Positions 35,167 to 48,993 of a stretch of 60,439 nucleotides of DNA are shown here, in pieces (the first letter of the stretch is position 1; each line of letters opens with the position of its first letter). The position numbers and the translations under genes are program-made. Source of the stretch: Octopus bimaculoides (taxonomy: Eukaryota); the NCBI RefSeq assembly GCF_001194135.2, contig NC_068981.1, positions 102,693,485 to 102,753,923 on the forward strand, in the 5' to 3' direction. The notes below the pieces were generated by a model. The model was not told the origin of the DNA. It worked only from the letters and a program-made list of their open reading frames with translations, and made no database searches.

Positions 35167-36934
35167 TGCGTGTGTGTATGTGTGCATATAATGGTTTTCC
35201 TTCAATGATACAATAGTGTTGTTTTCTTACCGTTTTCTATGCTGTTGTATAATATTTATTCTTATGTAATTCTGATAGAGGCTTCAGCTGCTGCTGCTGA
35301 TGGTAATGTTATTAGAAATTCTTACTCATACAGAATGTGCTGACCCATAAAAGAAAAATACGCCAAATTAAGGCTAATTTTGTAGTGTTGCACACCCTGA
35401 TAAATTTCATCGGTCAAGACCTCAACGCACGCGTATGTGGTTGTGTATGAGCGTGTACATATATGTATACACACACTAACTCATATACACGCACACACAC
35501 AAACACACATACATACAAACACACACACGTGCGCGCGCATACACACATACACCCCCCTCCCCACACACACATACTGACATATTTTAGCAGGATATTTGTT
35601 TTGAGGTTGAAAATGTACTGGTTTTCAAGAGGAATTTCAGTTTTCCTAAAATTAAAAATGTATTAAATTTGTCAAATACTATGTATAAAAATATAGAAAA
35701 TACGATGAAATTTTTTAAAGAAAGAGAATGCACAAAATAAAACCAAATTTGCAATATGCTGCATAATAAAATCACCTGATTCAAGTGTTCAATAACTTAG
35801 ACAGCAATAAGAAAAGATAAATATTCAAATGTTCGATAAATTCCCAACTTGAAACAGAGTTCAGATTCTGCTTTTCAGCAAGTAAGGCGAACCACGAACA
35901 ATTCTGCTTCAGAGAGAGATTGTGCAAAAATATTCTTCTTATATTTTAAAATCTTCATCATGTTTAATTGCTAACATAACTTATTGCTATGAATCTTTTT
36001 GAACTTTCATATTTCTATCATATATATATATATATTGCTATGAAATTTATCGAACATTTGCACTTTCATCATTCCGTATTGCTGTGAAACTTACTGAATA
36101 CTTGAATTTTCATCATGTTATTTTGATACGAAACCTATTGAAAATTCGATTTTGAGCATTTTTTATCGCCATGTAACATTTTCTTGTGCATTCTCTTTCT
36201 TTTACATTTTTAAAAAATTTTTCATTTACCATTGAATACCAAAATACAAAAAAAAAAAAAGAAGTTGAAACCGGTATGGTATTAAAAAAATTACTTTGGT
36301 GAAAGTAAAGTTCGTTTTGAAAACTAGATGCAATTTTATCCTTCAAATCAATTTCTTATATTCCAACATATGTGGTAGAAAATCTTTTTCTTATACATGC
36401 ATGCATACATACATATGTTATCGTTTTTATGTTAATGTTGTTGCATAATTTTTATTCTTAGCTTCTCACAAAAGTTTCTGTTTCTACTGATGATGATGCA
36501 GTTAGAAATTCTTAGTCATCTAGGATGTGGTGTGCTATAAAAATAAAATAATCAAAATTACTGATAATTTTGGCAATGTCGCTCACCCAAGAGATTTACG
36601 TTGGACAAAACCCATATCACTATATGTGTTTATATATATATACATACAAAAAGAATGTTGTAATGTTGTCAATTTTTCTGCGTTGGTGTTGTTGCCTAAT
36701 TTGTATTATTAGCTCGTTCTAATAGAGGCTCTTCTGTTGCTGTTGATGACGATGTATCAGAAATTCCTTCTCATTTATAAAATCGTTCATAATTTTCTTT
36801 CTCTGTTCTTTTCTCTCCATGCCTATCCCATGTTTCGGAGACATTTCATGAAATAATAAAGGAAACTCGAACCACATTTCCGAAAATGGGTATTAAACAA
36901 ATCTGTGTCATGTATCAAGGTAAGTAAATATATT

Positions 36935-37145
36935 AGTTTAAAGTTTTGGTACAAGGCCAGAATTTTTGAGGGAGGGGTAAGTCGATTACATCGACCAAAA
37001 AGCTGAACTGGTACTTACTTTATCGACCCCGAAAAGATGAAAAGATGAAAGGCAAAGTCGATCTCGGCAGAACTTAAAGACGGACGAAATGCTGCTAAGC
37101 ATTTTGCCTGGCGTGCTAACAATTCTGATAGTTCATCGCCTTAAG
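36935..37145 (-). mobile_element. SINE family B
   Basis: gtcgattacatcgacc...aaaggcaaagtcgatctcggcag...gaaatgctgctaagcattttgcctggcgtgctaac. Confidence 0.85.
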
Positions 37146-37889
37146 GTAAGTAATTATATAGCATGTCAAATATGTCAATTTTCTCAACTTGAGATGAAGA
37201 TCAAGGCACGAATTTAATGCGATAGATGAAACGGGATTAGCATCTATATTGCTCACACGATTTTCTGGGAGCTTACTACAACTTCATATCCTCAGTGATT
37301 TCTGCCCATTTGATGGTGAAAGTGAACGATGTTACTCGGATAAATCGAACAATGTGTTTTCCAAATACTGGACCGCTGTATTGGCGCAACATCAAAGAGA
37401 CATGCCGAACTTTAATCCTGAAATTATAAGCTTTATTATTACACAAGAAAGACAATTTTGTTTTAACATTGTATCTTCAAGCATTGAGAAATTTGGAAGC
37501 AAATATTTTTACAACGTTGCTCAAATGCAAGTGTGTATACATATGTGTGTGTGTGCGTGTCCGTGTATGTGTGTGCATATATATATACATATACATACAC
37601 ATATACACACAAACATAAATACTTAACATACCGATATATATGCGTGTGTGTATATACATGCATGTATATAATATATATGTGTGCATGTATACACACTAAC
37701 ACACACACACACATATGTTTTTCGTGACAGGCTTGCATTTATTACTGCATTATACACGCCCGAATCCGTCAATGACATTTATACTCGATGACTCTGTCAC
37801 AGTACTTATTTAATTTCACCCTACCAGATCTTTTAACACATTTGAAATTTGATAATTAGAGTGCATATTTAGCCTACAATAATCATGTT

Positions 37890-37940
<51 letters not shown>

Positions 37941-38400
37941 GTATATATATATGCGTATATATATATATATATATATATGCGCGCGCGCGCGTGTGTAATA
38001 GAAGGATAAACAGGCAGACAATTGGCATTAGGTTAGATTATAACATTTGTATACTGAAACATGAGGGTTGAGCTGTTGCAGAAATATTGATAAAAGATCA
38101 GATGAAGAACGTTCGTAATGCTTATGGTGTAAGCTTATATTCTCCCGGAACAGTTATAGGGGAAGTCAGAATTATTGGTATCAGGTAAAGGTGATCATGG
38201 TAAGTGAAATCCAAAGATGGATGAGAAGAAATGCAGAAGAAAGAATGTGCATAGTTAGTTTCTTATATATGTTTCAAGAACGTATGCGCAAATGGTGCAT
38301 TTCCCAGCAAACGAACTGCAGCCAACATTATAGTTGCAGTTAATTCCATCATCGGAGGAAGAATGAGAGACCCTTAATAGAAAATATTGATCCACTAGTG

Positions 38401-38715
38401 CAGTTGGTCTCAACCATTTTGTATCTATGTACCCCTTTGATTATTATTTTATTCTGGTGGACCCCATAGGTATTCAATGTTTAGAAACTAGTTTTATAGA
38501 CACTTCTTTTCAAAATTCTTAACTTGTTAATACACGTTTCCTTATATACGCTGAATTATGTAAAACATGGGGGAAAGTGACCTCTAATTCTTACAATAAA
38601 TAATTCTGAAGCAAAACTTTATCTTGGACTCATAAATACTTCTGTGGACTCAATGTATAAGTTTGCTTGTGTGGGTTCTCCAAAATCTTACATGGACCTC
38701 GGTTGAGATCCGCTG
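38401..38715. mobile_element. hAT (Charlie/Buster-type) MITE
   Basis: TIRs cagttggtctcaacc / ggttgagatccgctg. 8-bp TSD cacTAgtg (38393-38400) and cacTAgta (38716-38723). Confidence 0.85.
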
Positions 38716-38822
38716 CACTAGTAGCTGGAGGTGAGTTTAAAAGAAACGAGACAGAGAGTACTAGGTCATAATAATAGGAAGTTAGAAACTATTACCCTAT
38801 TACCTTACATCACCAGATATAA

Positions 38823-38880
<58 letters not shown>

Positions 38881-39904
38881 GTAATGATTGCTTTTATTTG
38901 AAGTGATATATAAAAATATTTTATCATTAAGATGGACTACTCAAATACCTATTTAGTACCTATTTATTAAATTTTACAAGAAAAAGGTTGACAGTGATTT
39001 CGAAATTCTTCCTTACAAAGCCACACAAAACCGTTATTCATGTTTTATGTACTAATGTAACACATAAATCATAATCCTTGTATTCGACTGACTGTAACAG
39101 CAATAATAGTGACGTAACAAATACTAGCAAATTCAAAAATATAAAAGATAAAATCATATCCACAGCATTAATGTAGTCGTCTTTAGATTGTTTTATAGGG
39201 TTACCGGAAACTTCGGTAAGAAAACAGCAAAATTCCAAGTAAAAACATTTTTGAACTATATTAGTTATGATTGTTATATTGAACTATTTTGTTATTTTAT
39301 ACGTTCCTGTTTTTTTCTTCTTTCTTCATATTCGTAAATCTATATTTTCTATCCAATTAATTTCTAGTTTATACTTTACTGTTTCTTTCAATATACGGGA
39401 AATGTATTTTTTCTAGTTTTTATATTACCCTAGTTCATCTACCTTTTGCTCGAGTCTAGTTTTCTTTTTTCACTTTTGTTACTTTGTAAAGAGACACACT
39501 CGCACACACAGCAATCCACACATATACAAACACACAAACTCATTCCAGGAATGTCTTCTAAACTGTAATTATTTTCCATCTATAAGAAATGTATCACTTC
39601 GTAAAATGTTTTAGTTTAATTTACTTGCCTCTGGCTATGTCATACTGACAATTTCAAATAAGAATGAAATGATGTAATAGTTGATTAACCTCTGCCTAGA
39701 AATTTTAAGATCTTTTCAATGAGTAAAGAAAAATATGTGTTTATTCTATATATCTTCTTCATTGCTCTTAAATTTAAAATTCAATCTGCTAATTTAGCCA
39801 TGATTGATTTAAAAATGATTATCGCGCTTAAAATAAATAGCCACCAGAACACGCCAGTATTTACTTTGTTATAGTATGTTTATGTCAGACTATATTTTCT
39901 ACAT

Positions 39905-40120
39905 ATAAAGTGGAGAGCTGATAGAATCGTTAGCACGCCGGCTAAAATGCTTAGCGGCATTTCGTCCGTCTTTAGTTCTGAGTTCAAAATCCACCGTGGT
40001 TGACTTTGCCTTTCATTTTTTCGGGGTCAATAAAATAAATACCAGTTGAGCACTCGGGTTGATCTAATCGACTTACATCCTCCCTCTAAATTGCCGGCCT
40101 TGCGCCAAAATTTGAAATAA
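39905..40120 (+). mobile_element. SINE family B
   Basis: gagctgatagaatcgttagcacgccggctaaaatgcttagcggcatttcgtcc...gcgccaaaatttgaaa. Confidence 0.85.
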
Positions 40121-40761
40121 ATATTTTCCTTGTGTGCAAAGTAGGTATGTCTTACTTTTTATAAAGCTACCTCAGATAAATTTTACACGAATGCAATTCA
40201 GCAATTCTGTTTTCGAAGATTTGTCTAACGATTATCAATTTAGAGACTAAATTCATAAGCTTTACAGTTAAAAAAAAATCACCAACTTTATTTTTAATAA
40301 AAATTAATTGTTTCGGTTTATTACATGATTTATTTCAAATTAAATTTCTCTTAAACCTAAAATTGACTTATATAAAATAACAACCGAAAACTAGAAATAA
40401 AATATTTGCACAAAATTTAAAATAAGTCGAATTCTCAAGATATTTAATTTAATTCACTAATGGAACTGAAGGAGTTTTCTAGGTTTCAGTGAAGTAAATA
40501 GTATTCCTTGCGTTTACCATGTTGCAGAATGTATGAGTATGTGTGTGCGCGAATATGTTTGCATGTGTGTGGGTATGTGGATATGCTTGCTTGTATATGT
40601 ATGTACACGCACGCACGCACGCACGCACACACACACTCACACACATACACACAGTTCAATTAAAATATGAATATAAATGTGTGTGCATGTGGTGGCTTAC
40701 TTACATACGCACACACATATATATTCACACACACACACTGCACATAGGTATATCTATATAC

Positions 40762-40874
<113 letters not shown>

Positions 40875-41943
40875 TTCATTCATAAATTTCAAAATTATAA
40901 GACATCTTTCTATCCTTTTTTATTGAATATAAATTCATTTAACTTTCTCATTAAGACGAATTGTAAAAATACAGAATGATAAATTTTAATCAAATGTTTA
41001 GCTAATTGCAACTAAGAATTTTTATTTGGCGTTCTCTTTCTTATCCTTTAATTATGATTTCTTGCTTAAAAAATTAATCGATATGGTCTCATAAATCCTA
41101 ATTACAGCAATATTGTAACTAAAGCATCAGAGAAAAAAAATACTATTTAAGCAATACGAAGAGAGGATGTAGTAGGCTGTATTCAGTAGTCAACAATAAG
41201 AAGGGGATGAGGCAACGAAACATGGGTATAAAACACGGCTTATAAATCATGGATATGAGTTTGAACGGTATACGGTAATGAGATTATGGTTCAGGAGTTC
41301 CAGAATTTTGAAGAATGTGGAACTAACTCTTAGCCGCTATTTTTCCCAGGTCTACTCTCACCTGGAGTAGCAGTGCGTTTCAGAGCCCCAGTTATGGGTT
41401 AAATAGCATGAAACTATCCGAACCAGAGTACTTTGAAATCATGGCATGCAACATGATGAATGTGAACTACTTCGACAGATGAACTTATTGAGTCAATGAT
41501 GAACATCACTAAATGCCGAGCAGCTGAAAGGCAAAAGATTGTCAACGTCCAGGATCAATCTATTCAATTAGCGAACTACTGCTATCATCTACCATAACTG
41601 TTCTATGATTTATTTGTACTTTATTTGTACTTTTTATCATGAAATAAATATCCTCAAGTAACGCCAAATTCTTTGCTTGTCTGCTTCCATTTTTGATCTG
41701 TTGATATTTACACTTGCAGAATCAGGTACAACTTCTATCCACTTTGGAAAAGCAATTTCAACACCTTATTCCCATTTGCACTTCAAGCTAGAGTTTTAGT
41801 TGTAAACCGATCTAAGCACTCATTGTACATAACTATGATTATATGTCGATCGACGTATACTTGCATTTCTTGTGGCTTGTTCAGATGTTCAATTAGTGAA
41901 ATTCCAATATGATTAAAACCCAGGCCATACATTCATACTTCAC

Positions 41944-42178
41944 CTTGCAATAGAGACATCTAGCGTGAAGCAGTTACATTGGCCCGAGTAAGACGTACGA
42001 TCGAGATGAATGGGTAAAGGCAACGAAAATAACCACGCATGCTTGCAGCGCGTGCAGACGAAACGGCTCATTTGAAGAGTCGTTTTACTTGGGTAACAAT
42101 GACTCTTCTGGCCGGAGGGCTTTAGACGACTTCTTTGAGACTTGATTGGTATGTCTAAATCGCATGATTTACATTTCT
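41944..42178 (-). CDS. Candidate internal exon (235 nt) with CxxC motifs, unknown protein
   Basis: Acceptor tattctcttctacag, donor caag|gtgaag. One open frame: EKCKSCDLDIPIK...HCYPSK...SRFVCTRCKHAWLF...GQCNCFTLDVSIAR. GC is higher than the flanks. Confidence 0.3.
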
Positions 42179-42254
42179 CTGTAGAAGAGAATATAATAAT
42201 TTCGAAGAGAATTTTTTTTTGTTGGTGGATGGCCGTGCCGTTGCTGATTAAATG

Positions 42255-42350
42255 GTTTTCGGTACTTGACTGATAGTTTATTTTTTTCGACCCAAGAAAG
42301 ATGAAAGGCAAAATTGACTGTGGTTGGACTTGAACTCAGAACGTGAAGAG
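42255..42350 (-). mobile_element. SINE family B, partial
   Basis: cgacccaagaaagatgaaaggcaaaattgactgtgg...ttgaactcagaacgtgaag. Confidence 0.7.
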
Positions 42351-43457
42351 TCTTAGAAATAAAAGTTCAAGAAATATTACATAGAAAGTAGGGTAAAATA
42401 AAATTCACGTGTTAAAACAATTAAAAGAAAGAAACACAGAAAAGAAAAGAAAAACAGAAGTAAATATTTAATTTACTAGACTACCAGAAGGTATAAATGG
42501 CCGTTAATATGGCAAGGCTAATATATTTTTCTAACATTACAGAAAAGTAAAGAAAATAATAGATCTCGAAGTATTAAAGATTTATATAGACTTAATTTGA
42601 TAGTGAGCGAAAATTCATCTTTGGAAATTTTTATTAGACCATTAGTGTAGTAAAACTTTATAAAGGACAATAGAGAGTATTTTAAATAAAAGCATTAACA
42701 AATTTAAAAGACTGCTAATGTAATTTATATGGACATATGCATCTATCTATCTCTGCATAGAAGAACTACATAAATCCAATAAAGCATTTAAAATGTTTTT
42801 ATTAACCAAAAACTGAAGTGGCAGCATGCCCAAGTCCCATAGGAAAAGCAGCTATTACTTTACTACTTGAAGTTTTTAATGGACAAGTTAAAGAATGTCT
42901 GTATAAAAATTACATTTTTGATAAAGACTAATTTACATATTTTAGCAAAATAGCCTTTTCTTTGCTGTAAATTGCAAAGAACAAGTCATGTTGGGTAATA
43001 CTTTCTACCATGGTAAACTTCAACATACACATACTCTTACACACAAATCTAAAAACAGAAAAAGTCCCTTTTCTCTTTGCAATATCTTCGAACAGTGAAG
43101 TAGCAATACATGAAAACAATGTAATCTTCAGTATTTTTCGAGACTATATTTATAGGGATAATTTTTATAAAAATAACAAGTTTCTGTTGAAACACTGAAA
43201 AAAATTACACATTCACATAATGCGATCCGCCCTACAATCTCACCACCAAGGGATGTCAGTGCATAAAGCCAGATTTAATAATTCTCACAGGAGACGATCT
43301 TTTGAAAAGGAGAAAGAAAGATTACTTCGAAGTGTATCTGTTAGAATCACAGAATGTTTCAGTGTCTTATGCCAGTGCTGGCCAAAAGATTCCTCCAAAA
43401 TGCATAGGGCACTGCATGGTATGCGATTAAGCGGGGATCCAGACAAAAGCCCCCTCG

Positions 43458-43840
43458 GACAAAACCCCCATTGTTAAAGTATGAAAGTAGACAAAACCTC
43501 CTCGGTTATATTTTTCGATTATTTTTTTCGATTTTTTTGCTTTTACTTGTTTCAGTCATTAGACTGTGGCCATGCTGGGGGTACCGCCTTGAAGAATTTT
43601 TAGTTCAATGTATCGACTCCAGAATTCTTTCTTTGCTTTTTTACTTGTTTTTCTTACTAGACTGCGGCTATGCATAAGATGAATTTTCGCTCACTATCAA
43701 ATTCTTCAAGGTAGTGGTCCAGCATGGCCACAGTCTAATGACTGAAACAAGTAAAAGGGAAAAAAACGAAAAAATAACACAAAAATATAACCGATGAGGT
43801 TTTGTCCACTTTCACACTTTAATCCGAGGGGGGTTTTGTC
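43458..43840. repeat. About 120-bp inverted repeat (gacaaaacccc TIR-like motif plus SINE A tail in both arms)
   Basis: Arms 43458-43578 and 43719-43840. The 38-bp SINE-tail part is a perfect reverse complement. Confidence 0.85.
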
Positions 43841-43944
43841 TTACACTCGATTCAACGAATACCCCCTCGTTTTGGAGAAGCTCCAATCTTATAATGAAGA
43901 GGGGGCAAAAAAGAAATAATAAAAGGAAAATTTAGGCAAACACA

Positions 43945-44360
43945 AGTGCATCGAAGGAATTCACCCACTTCCTGAAGCACAAAGCCTGAAATTTCGCAAG
44001 AATAGTTTGGTCGACTGCAAAGGCCCTGGTACTGAACAGGTTCCTATTTTATCGTCTCCGAAAGGATGAAAGGTAAAATTAATCTCGATAGATATGAATT
44101 TAAACTCAGAACGTAAAGACCCTGAAGAAATGCCGCTAAGCCGTTGTTCCGGCGTGCTAACGATTCTGCCAACTCGCCGCATTGAGCCTATTATATAATG
44201 GTTTCAAATTTTTGCACAAAGCCATTAAGTTCGGGGAAGGGGGTAAGTCGATTACATTGACCCCAGTTCTCAATTGGTGCTTATTTTATCGACCTCAAAA
44301 AGATGAAAAATCGATCTTTTGTCCAGCGTGCTGACGATTCTGCCGGCTTGCCGCCTTCCT
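43945..44360 (-). mobile_element. Two head-to-tail SINE family B copies
   Basis: About 43945-44185 and 44195-44360 (the second is internally deleted). Confidence 0.8.
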
Positions 44361-44938
44361 GGACGTATATAATAAAGCAATTGATGTATGTGAAGTGGTT
44401 AGCATTCAGCTGGGAATCGAAACTTCAACATCAAGAGCAAATCTTGGTGGGTCTAACACCTCTGACTTATTCGTTTTCACCTTTCACAAGAAATATAGAT
44501 AATAAGTTAAAACGAAAGAGATAAATGGAAAAAAGAAAAAAAGAAAAAGAAATAGGCCTGCTGATATCCTTGAATTATATTAGTCGAGAAATATCTGCAT
44601 TTTAACTATTATCGTTGGCACGTCGTGTATGTTGTGTGGCACTTCATTTCTTTAATGAATTCCTTCGATAAGATTTGATATGAAAGGCAGATTTTGGCTA
44701 AGAGGCGTCATACCAGTTGTTCGGTGGCAAGCTCTCACTCACTTAAAGACAGACCTACCGCACGAACGAATAACAAATACCCAAGGCCAGACAATCAGTC
44801 AGACGAACTAAGTGGAAGTCTCAGCTTCAAACTGTAGAATTATCTTATTTATTTAGTTACTTATTTTTGGTTGGGTGAGGAAGTCAACAGAGGTCGTTTT
44901 TGCCGTGCATGTTTAATTTTTCTGCCTTTCTGTCTGTT

Positions 44939-44990
<52 letters not shown>

Positions 44991-45613
44991 GGCACGTATG
45001 TGTGTATATGTATATGCACATATACATATATGCGTGTATGATTAAGCGTGCTCGTACGTATGTGCGTGCTTGTGTGTGTATGCATATGCACATATACATA
45101 TATGAATGTATGTGCGAGCGGGCTTGTGTGTGTGTGTGTGAGTGTGTGTGTGTGTATGCATCATGATCGAAAGATTAAAACGTTCGTTTTGTAGTTATGA
45201 GGCACCATGTGTAGCATCTTAGGGAAGTGTCATTTACCACAGCCCTGGGTTAATTCGAACCTTGTGAGTGAAACTGGGTAAACGGAAACTGTGCAAGCTT
45301 TCGAAAGAAGAGTACCTGTAAATCAAAAGTTCAACCTTTTTACTTTGTCTCAGACATTAAACCTTATATTAAGGGTACACCAGCCTTTTGAGGACTCAGC
45401 TACTTATACGCTGACTTGGCGGGTTATTTAGTTGATTGAATAACTCAATACTCATCGCTGAGATTGAAGAAGATCCCTTTTATATATTTGTGTGAGTGTG
45501 TGTAAGTTGAAAAGAGAGGCTTGCTATATACAGAGAGCTAGTCGACCCCCCCCCCNNNNNNNNNNNNNNNNNNNNNNNNNNNNNNNNNNNNNNNNNNNNN
45601 NNNNNNNNNNNNN

Positions 45614-45990
45614 AGTGCTCAATTGATACTTATATTATCGATCCCGAAAGGATGAAAGGCACAATCGAACTCGGCAGTATGTGAACTCAGAAAATAAAAA
45701 AAGACGAAATGCCGCCAAACATTTTACCCGGCATGCAAACGATTCTGCCAGTTCGCCGCCTTAGAGAATGCTATTAATATTCGCTTCAAATGTTGGCATA
45801 AAGCCAGCAATTTCGGGGAAGGGGCTAAGTCAATTTTATCGACTCCAGTGTTCAACTGGTACTTATTTTATCGACCCTGAAAGCATGAAAGGCAAAGCCG
45901 ACTTCGGCGGAATTTGTACTCAAAACTTAAAGATGGACGAAATGCTGCTAAGCATTTTGCTTGGCGTGCTAACTATTCTGCCAGCTCACG
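45614..45990 (-). mobile_element. Two head-to-tail SINE family B copies
   Basis: 45614-45765 and 45775-45990. Confidence 0.85.
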
Positions 45991-46334
45991 ATTGAAAGAT
46001 CACATCACTCTATATTAAAAGTAATAACATAACTGTTCAATCCGCACCATATTCAACGCACTTTCCAAATTGAATCAATTGCTTAGCATTTTGGGATATT
46101 CTGTTGAGAGTAATTTACTAGCGAGTGGATCAGATCAATTATATTGACGTTATGAAATCAGTTATATTGCTCGACTTAGTAGAATGAGTAAATACCATCT
46201 TACTCTCTGAGAAAAAATATGTTAGCATAAAGATCCTTGATTTTCTGAACACAGAAAAAGACGTGATATCCAGGTCTGAAATGCTTTTGATCACAAATAG
46301 TCTCCATTAGGATTGACTCGGACTAAGCAACAAT

Positions 46335-46416
<82 letters not shown>

Positions 46417-46435
46417 GCACGCACGCACGCACGGG

Positions 46436-47342
46436 AGTGGCCATGGGAACGAGAAAGGGCCCCAACTATGCGAACCTGTTCGTTGGCTACGTTGAGGCCC
46501 AAGTATTCTCACGATTCACTGGTCCCACTCCCGAACTATACGGTAGTTATATTGATGACTGTATCAGTGTCACCTCACTCTCCCACGAACAACTAAACTC
46601 CTTCCTCTCTTTTGTCCAATCCTTCCATCCTACCCTTGAATTCTTCTGCACCATTTACAACACTTCCGTCGCATTTCTGGTGACTCCAGTCCGACCTCTC
46701 CACCACGCACATTTTCCCCAACCTACTCCTTGTCTCCTTCAAACGAGCCCACAACCTGCATGACCTCTTAGTCCACAGTTTCTTCCCTAACCCCACCTCT
46801 CAGCCTGGCTCGTTTCTCTGATCCTTCCCACGCTGCCTACTTGCCCTATCTCTCCAACACCACCAAACTCACACGCACCCGTCATTGTCCCTATCATATC
46901 ACCGACTCCTTTACCTGCACTTTTAGCAACGTCATTTACTGCATCTCCTGCCCTTTCTGCCCTTCTTTGTACATCTCGGTCAAACGGGACGTCACTTCGC
47001 TGACCGGTTCGCAGAGCGCCTCCGACACATCAGACTTAGCAATGACACTCCGGTCTCGCGCCATTTCCACTCTACGGGTCATTCACTACAACACCTGTCT
47101 GTGTTCGTTTTGTCATTGTACAGGGACCATCCAGACTCTTGCCTTCACCGTGAACAGGAGTTAATCTTCTCTCTTCGCTCCTTTGTGCCACATGGGCTCA
47201 ACTCCCCTCCTCTCCTCTCTTCATCTGACACCTACTTCCTCTCTTCACTCCTACACACCTTCTCACTTCATTGATACCACCCACACTTCACCATACACCC
47301 CACGCCTACCACCACATTCTACCCCATCCCCATAACCTACCC
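46436..47342 (+). mobile_element. Penelope-like retroelement (Neptune-like), internally deleted RT + GIY-YIG
   Basis: VAMGTRKGPNYANLFVGYVE...YGSYIDDCI (RT), FKRAHNLHDLLVH, PRC.TCPY knuckle, FTCTFSNVIYCISCPFCPSLYI...FADRFAERLRHIR...PHGLN (EN). Runs into a gap. Confidence 0.9.
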
Positions 47343-48124
47343 NNNNNNNNNNNNNNNNNNNNNNNNNNNNNNNNNNNNNNNNNNNNNNNNNNNNNNNNNN
47401 NNNNNNNNNNNNNNNNNNNNNNNNNNNNNNNNNNNNNNNNNNNNNNNNNNNNNNNNNNNNNNNNNNNNNNNNNNNNNNNNNNNNNNNNNNNNNNNNNNNN
47501 NNNNNNNNNNNNNNNNNNNNNNNNNNNNNNNNNNNNNNNNNNNNNNNNNNNNNNNNNNNNNNNNNNNNNNNNNNNNNNNNNNNNNNNNNNNNNNNNNNNN
47601 NNNNNNNNNNNNNNNNNNNNNNNNNNNNNNNNNNNNNNNNNNNNNNNNNNNNNNNNNNNNNNNNNNNNNNNNNNNNNNNNNNNNNNNNNNNNNNNNNNNN
47701 NNNNNNNNNNNNNNNNNNNNNNNNNNNNNNNNNNNNNNNNNNNNNNNNNNNNNNNNNNNNNNNNNNNNNNNNNNNNNNNNNNNNNNNNNNNNNNNNNNNN
47801 NNNNNNNNNNNNNNNNNNNNNNNNNNNNNNNNNNNNNNNNNNNNNNNNNNNNNNNNNNNNNNNNNNNNNNNNNNNNNNNNNNNNNNNNNNNNNNNNNNNN
47901 NNNNNNNNNNNNNNNNNNNNNNNNNNNNNNNNNNNNNNNNNNNNNNNNNNNNNNNNNNNNNNNNNNNNNNNNNNNNNNNNNNNNNNNNNNNNNNNNNNNN
48001 NNNNNNNNNNNNNNNNNNNNNNNNNNNNNNNNNNNNNNNNNNNNNNNNNNNNNNNNNNNNNNNNNNNNNNNNNNNNNNNNNNNNNNNNNNNNNNNNNNNN
48101 NNNNNNNNNNNNNNNNNNNNNNNN

Positions 48125-48160
<36 letters not shown>

Positions 48161-48523
48161 GTATCTTTCTATCTATCTATCTATCTATCTATGTATGCAT
48201 GTACATATGTATGTAAGTATGCACACACAAATACACAACCCCCTCCACACACGCATAAACGTATGTGCCTTTACGTATGTGAGCTTGTGTCTTTTTATCA
48301 CATCTTCTGGAATCTATAGAAACGTTATTGACACATTTCGATTCGTAAACCTGTTTTGATTCATACTACGTACGACAGGCTTTTACGACACAAAGTCCAT
48401 TACCGAACCGCGTGACATGAATTAAAGAAAGCACTTTCCTTGATAAATTATATCCTGCAGACAGATTTCTATCCTGTAGACAGAAACCAATCAATCAATC
48501 AAACAATATACATACATACAAAC

Positions 48524-48605
<82 letters not shown>

Positions 48606-48792
48606 TTGTGTGTGTGTGTGTGTATGTATGTGTGTGTGTTCTAAATGAAGATAGTAAGAATAGCAAAAAAAAAAAAAATTNNNNNNNNNNNNNNNNNNNN
48701 NNNNNNNNNNNNNNNNNNNNNNNNNNNNNNNNNNNNNNNNNNNNNNNNNNNNNNNNNNNNNNNNNNNNNNNNNNNNNNNNNNNNNNNNNNNN

Positions 48793-48843
<51 letters not shown>

Positions 48844-48993
48844 TTGTGTGTGTGTGTGTGTATGTATGTGTGTGTGTTCTAAATGAAGATAGTAAGAATA
48901 GCAAAAAAAAAAAAAATTATTATTTCTTCTCTATAGCTATAAAAAGGTAAATTGACCGTGAAACGAACCTGTATAAAAATCTGATCATCGTGC

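Noticed and set aside
39038-39238. Signal-peptide-like ORF MILSFIFLNLLVFVTSLLLLLQS (minus)
   Set aside because: T-rich DNA readily gives hydrophobic runs. There is no convincing donor and no link to another exon.
42005-42143. Plus-strand RR...GRR neuropeptide-like frame
   Set aside because: No good acceptor or start. The minus-strand exon reading has better splice signals.
48590-48920. Direct duplication either side of the gap at 48681-48792
   Set aside because: The sequence is identical on both sides of the N-run, which indicates an unmerged contig overlap.
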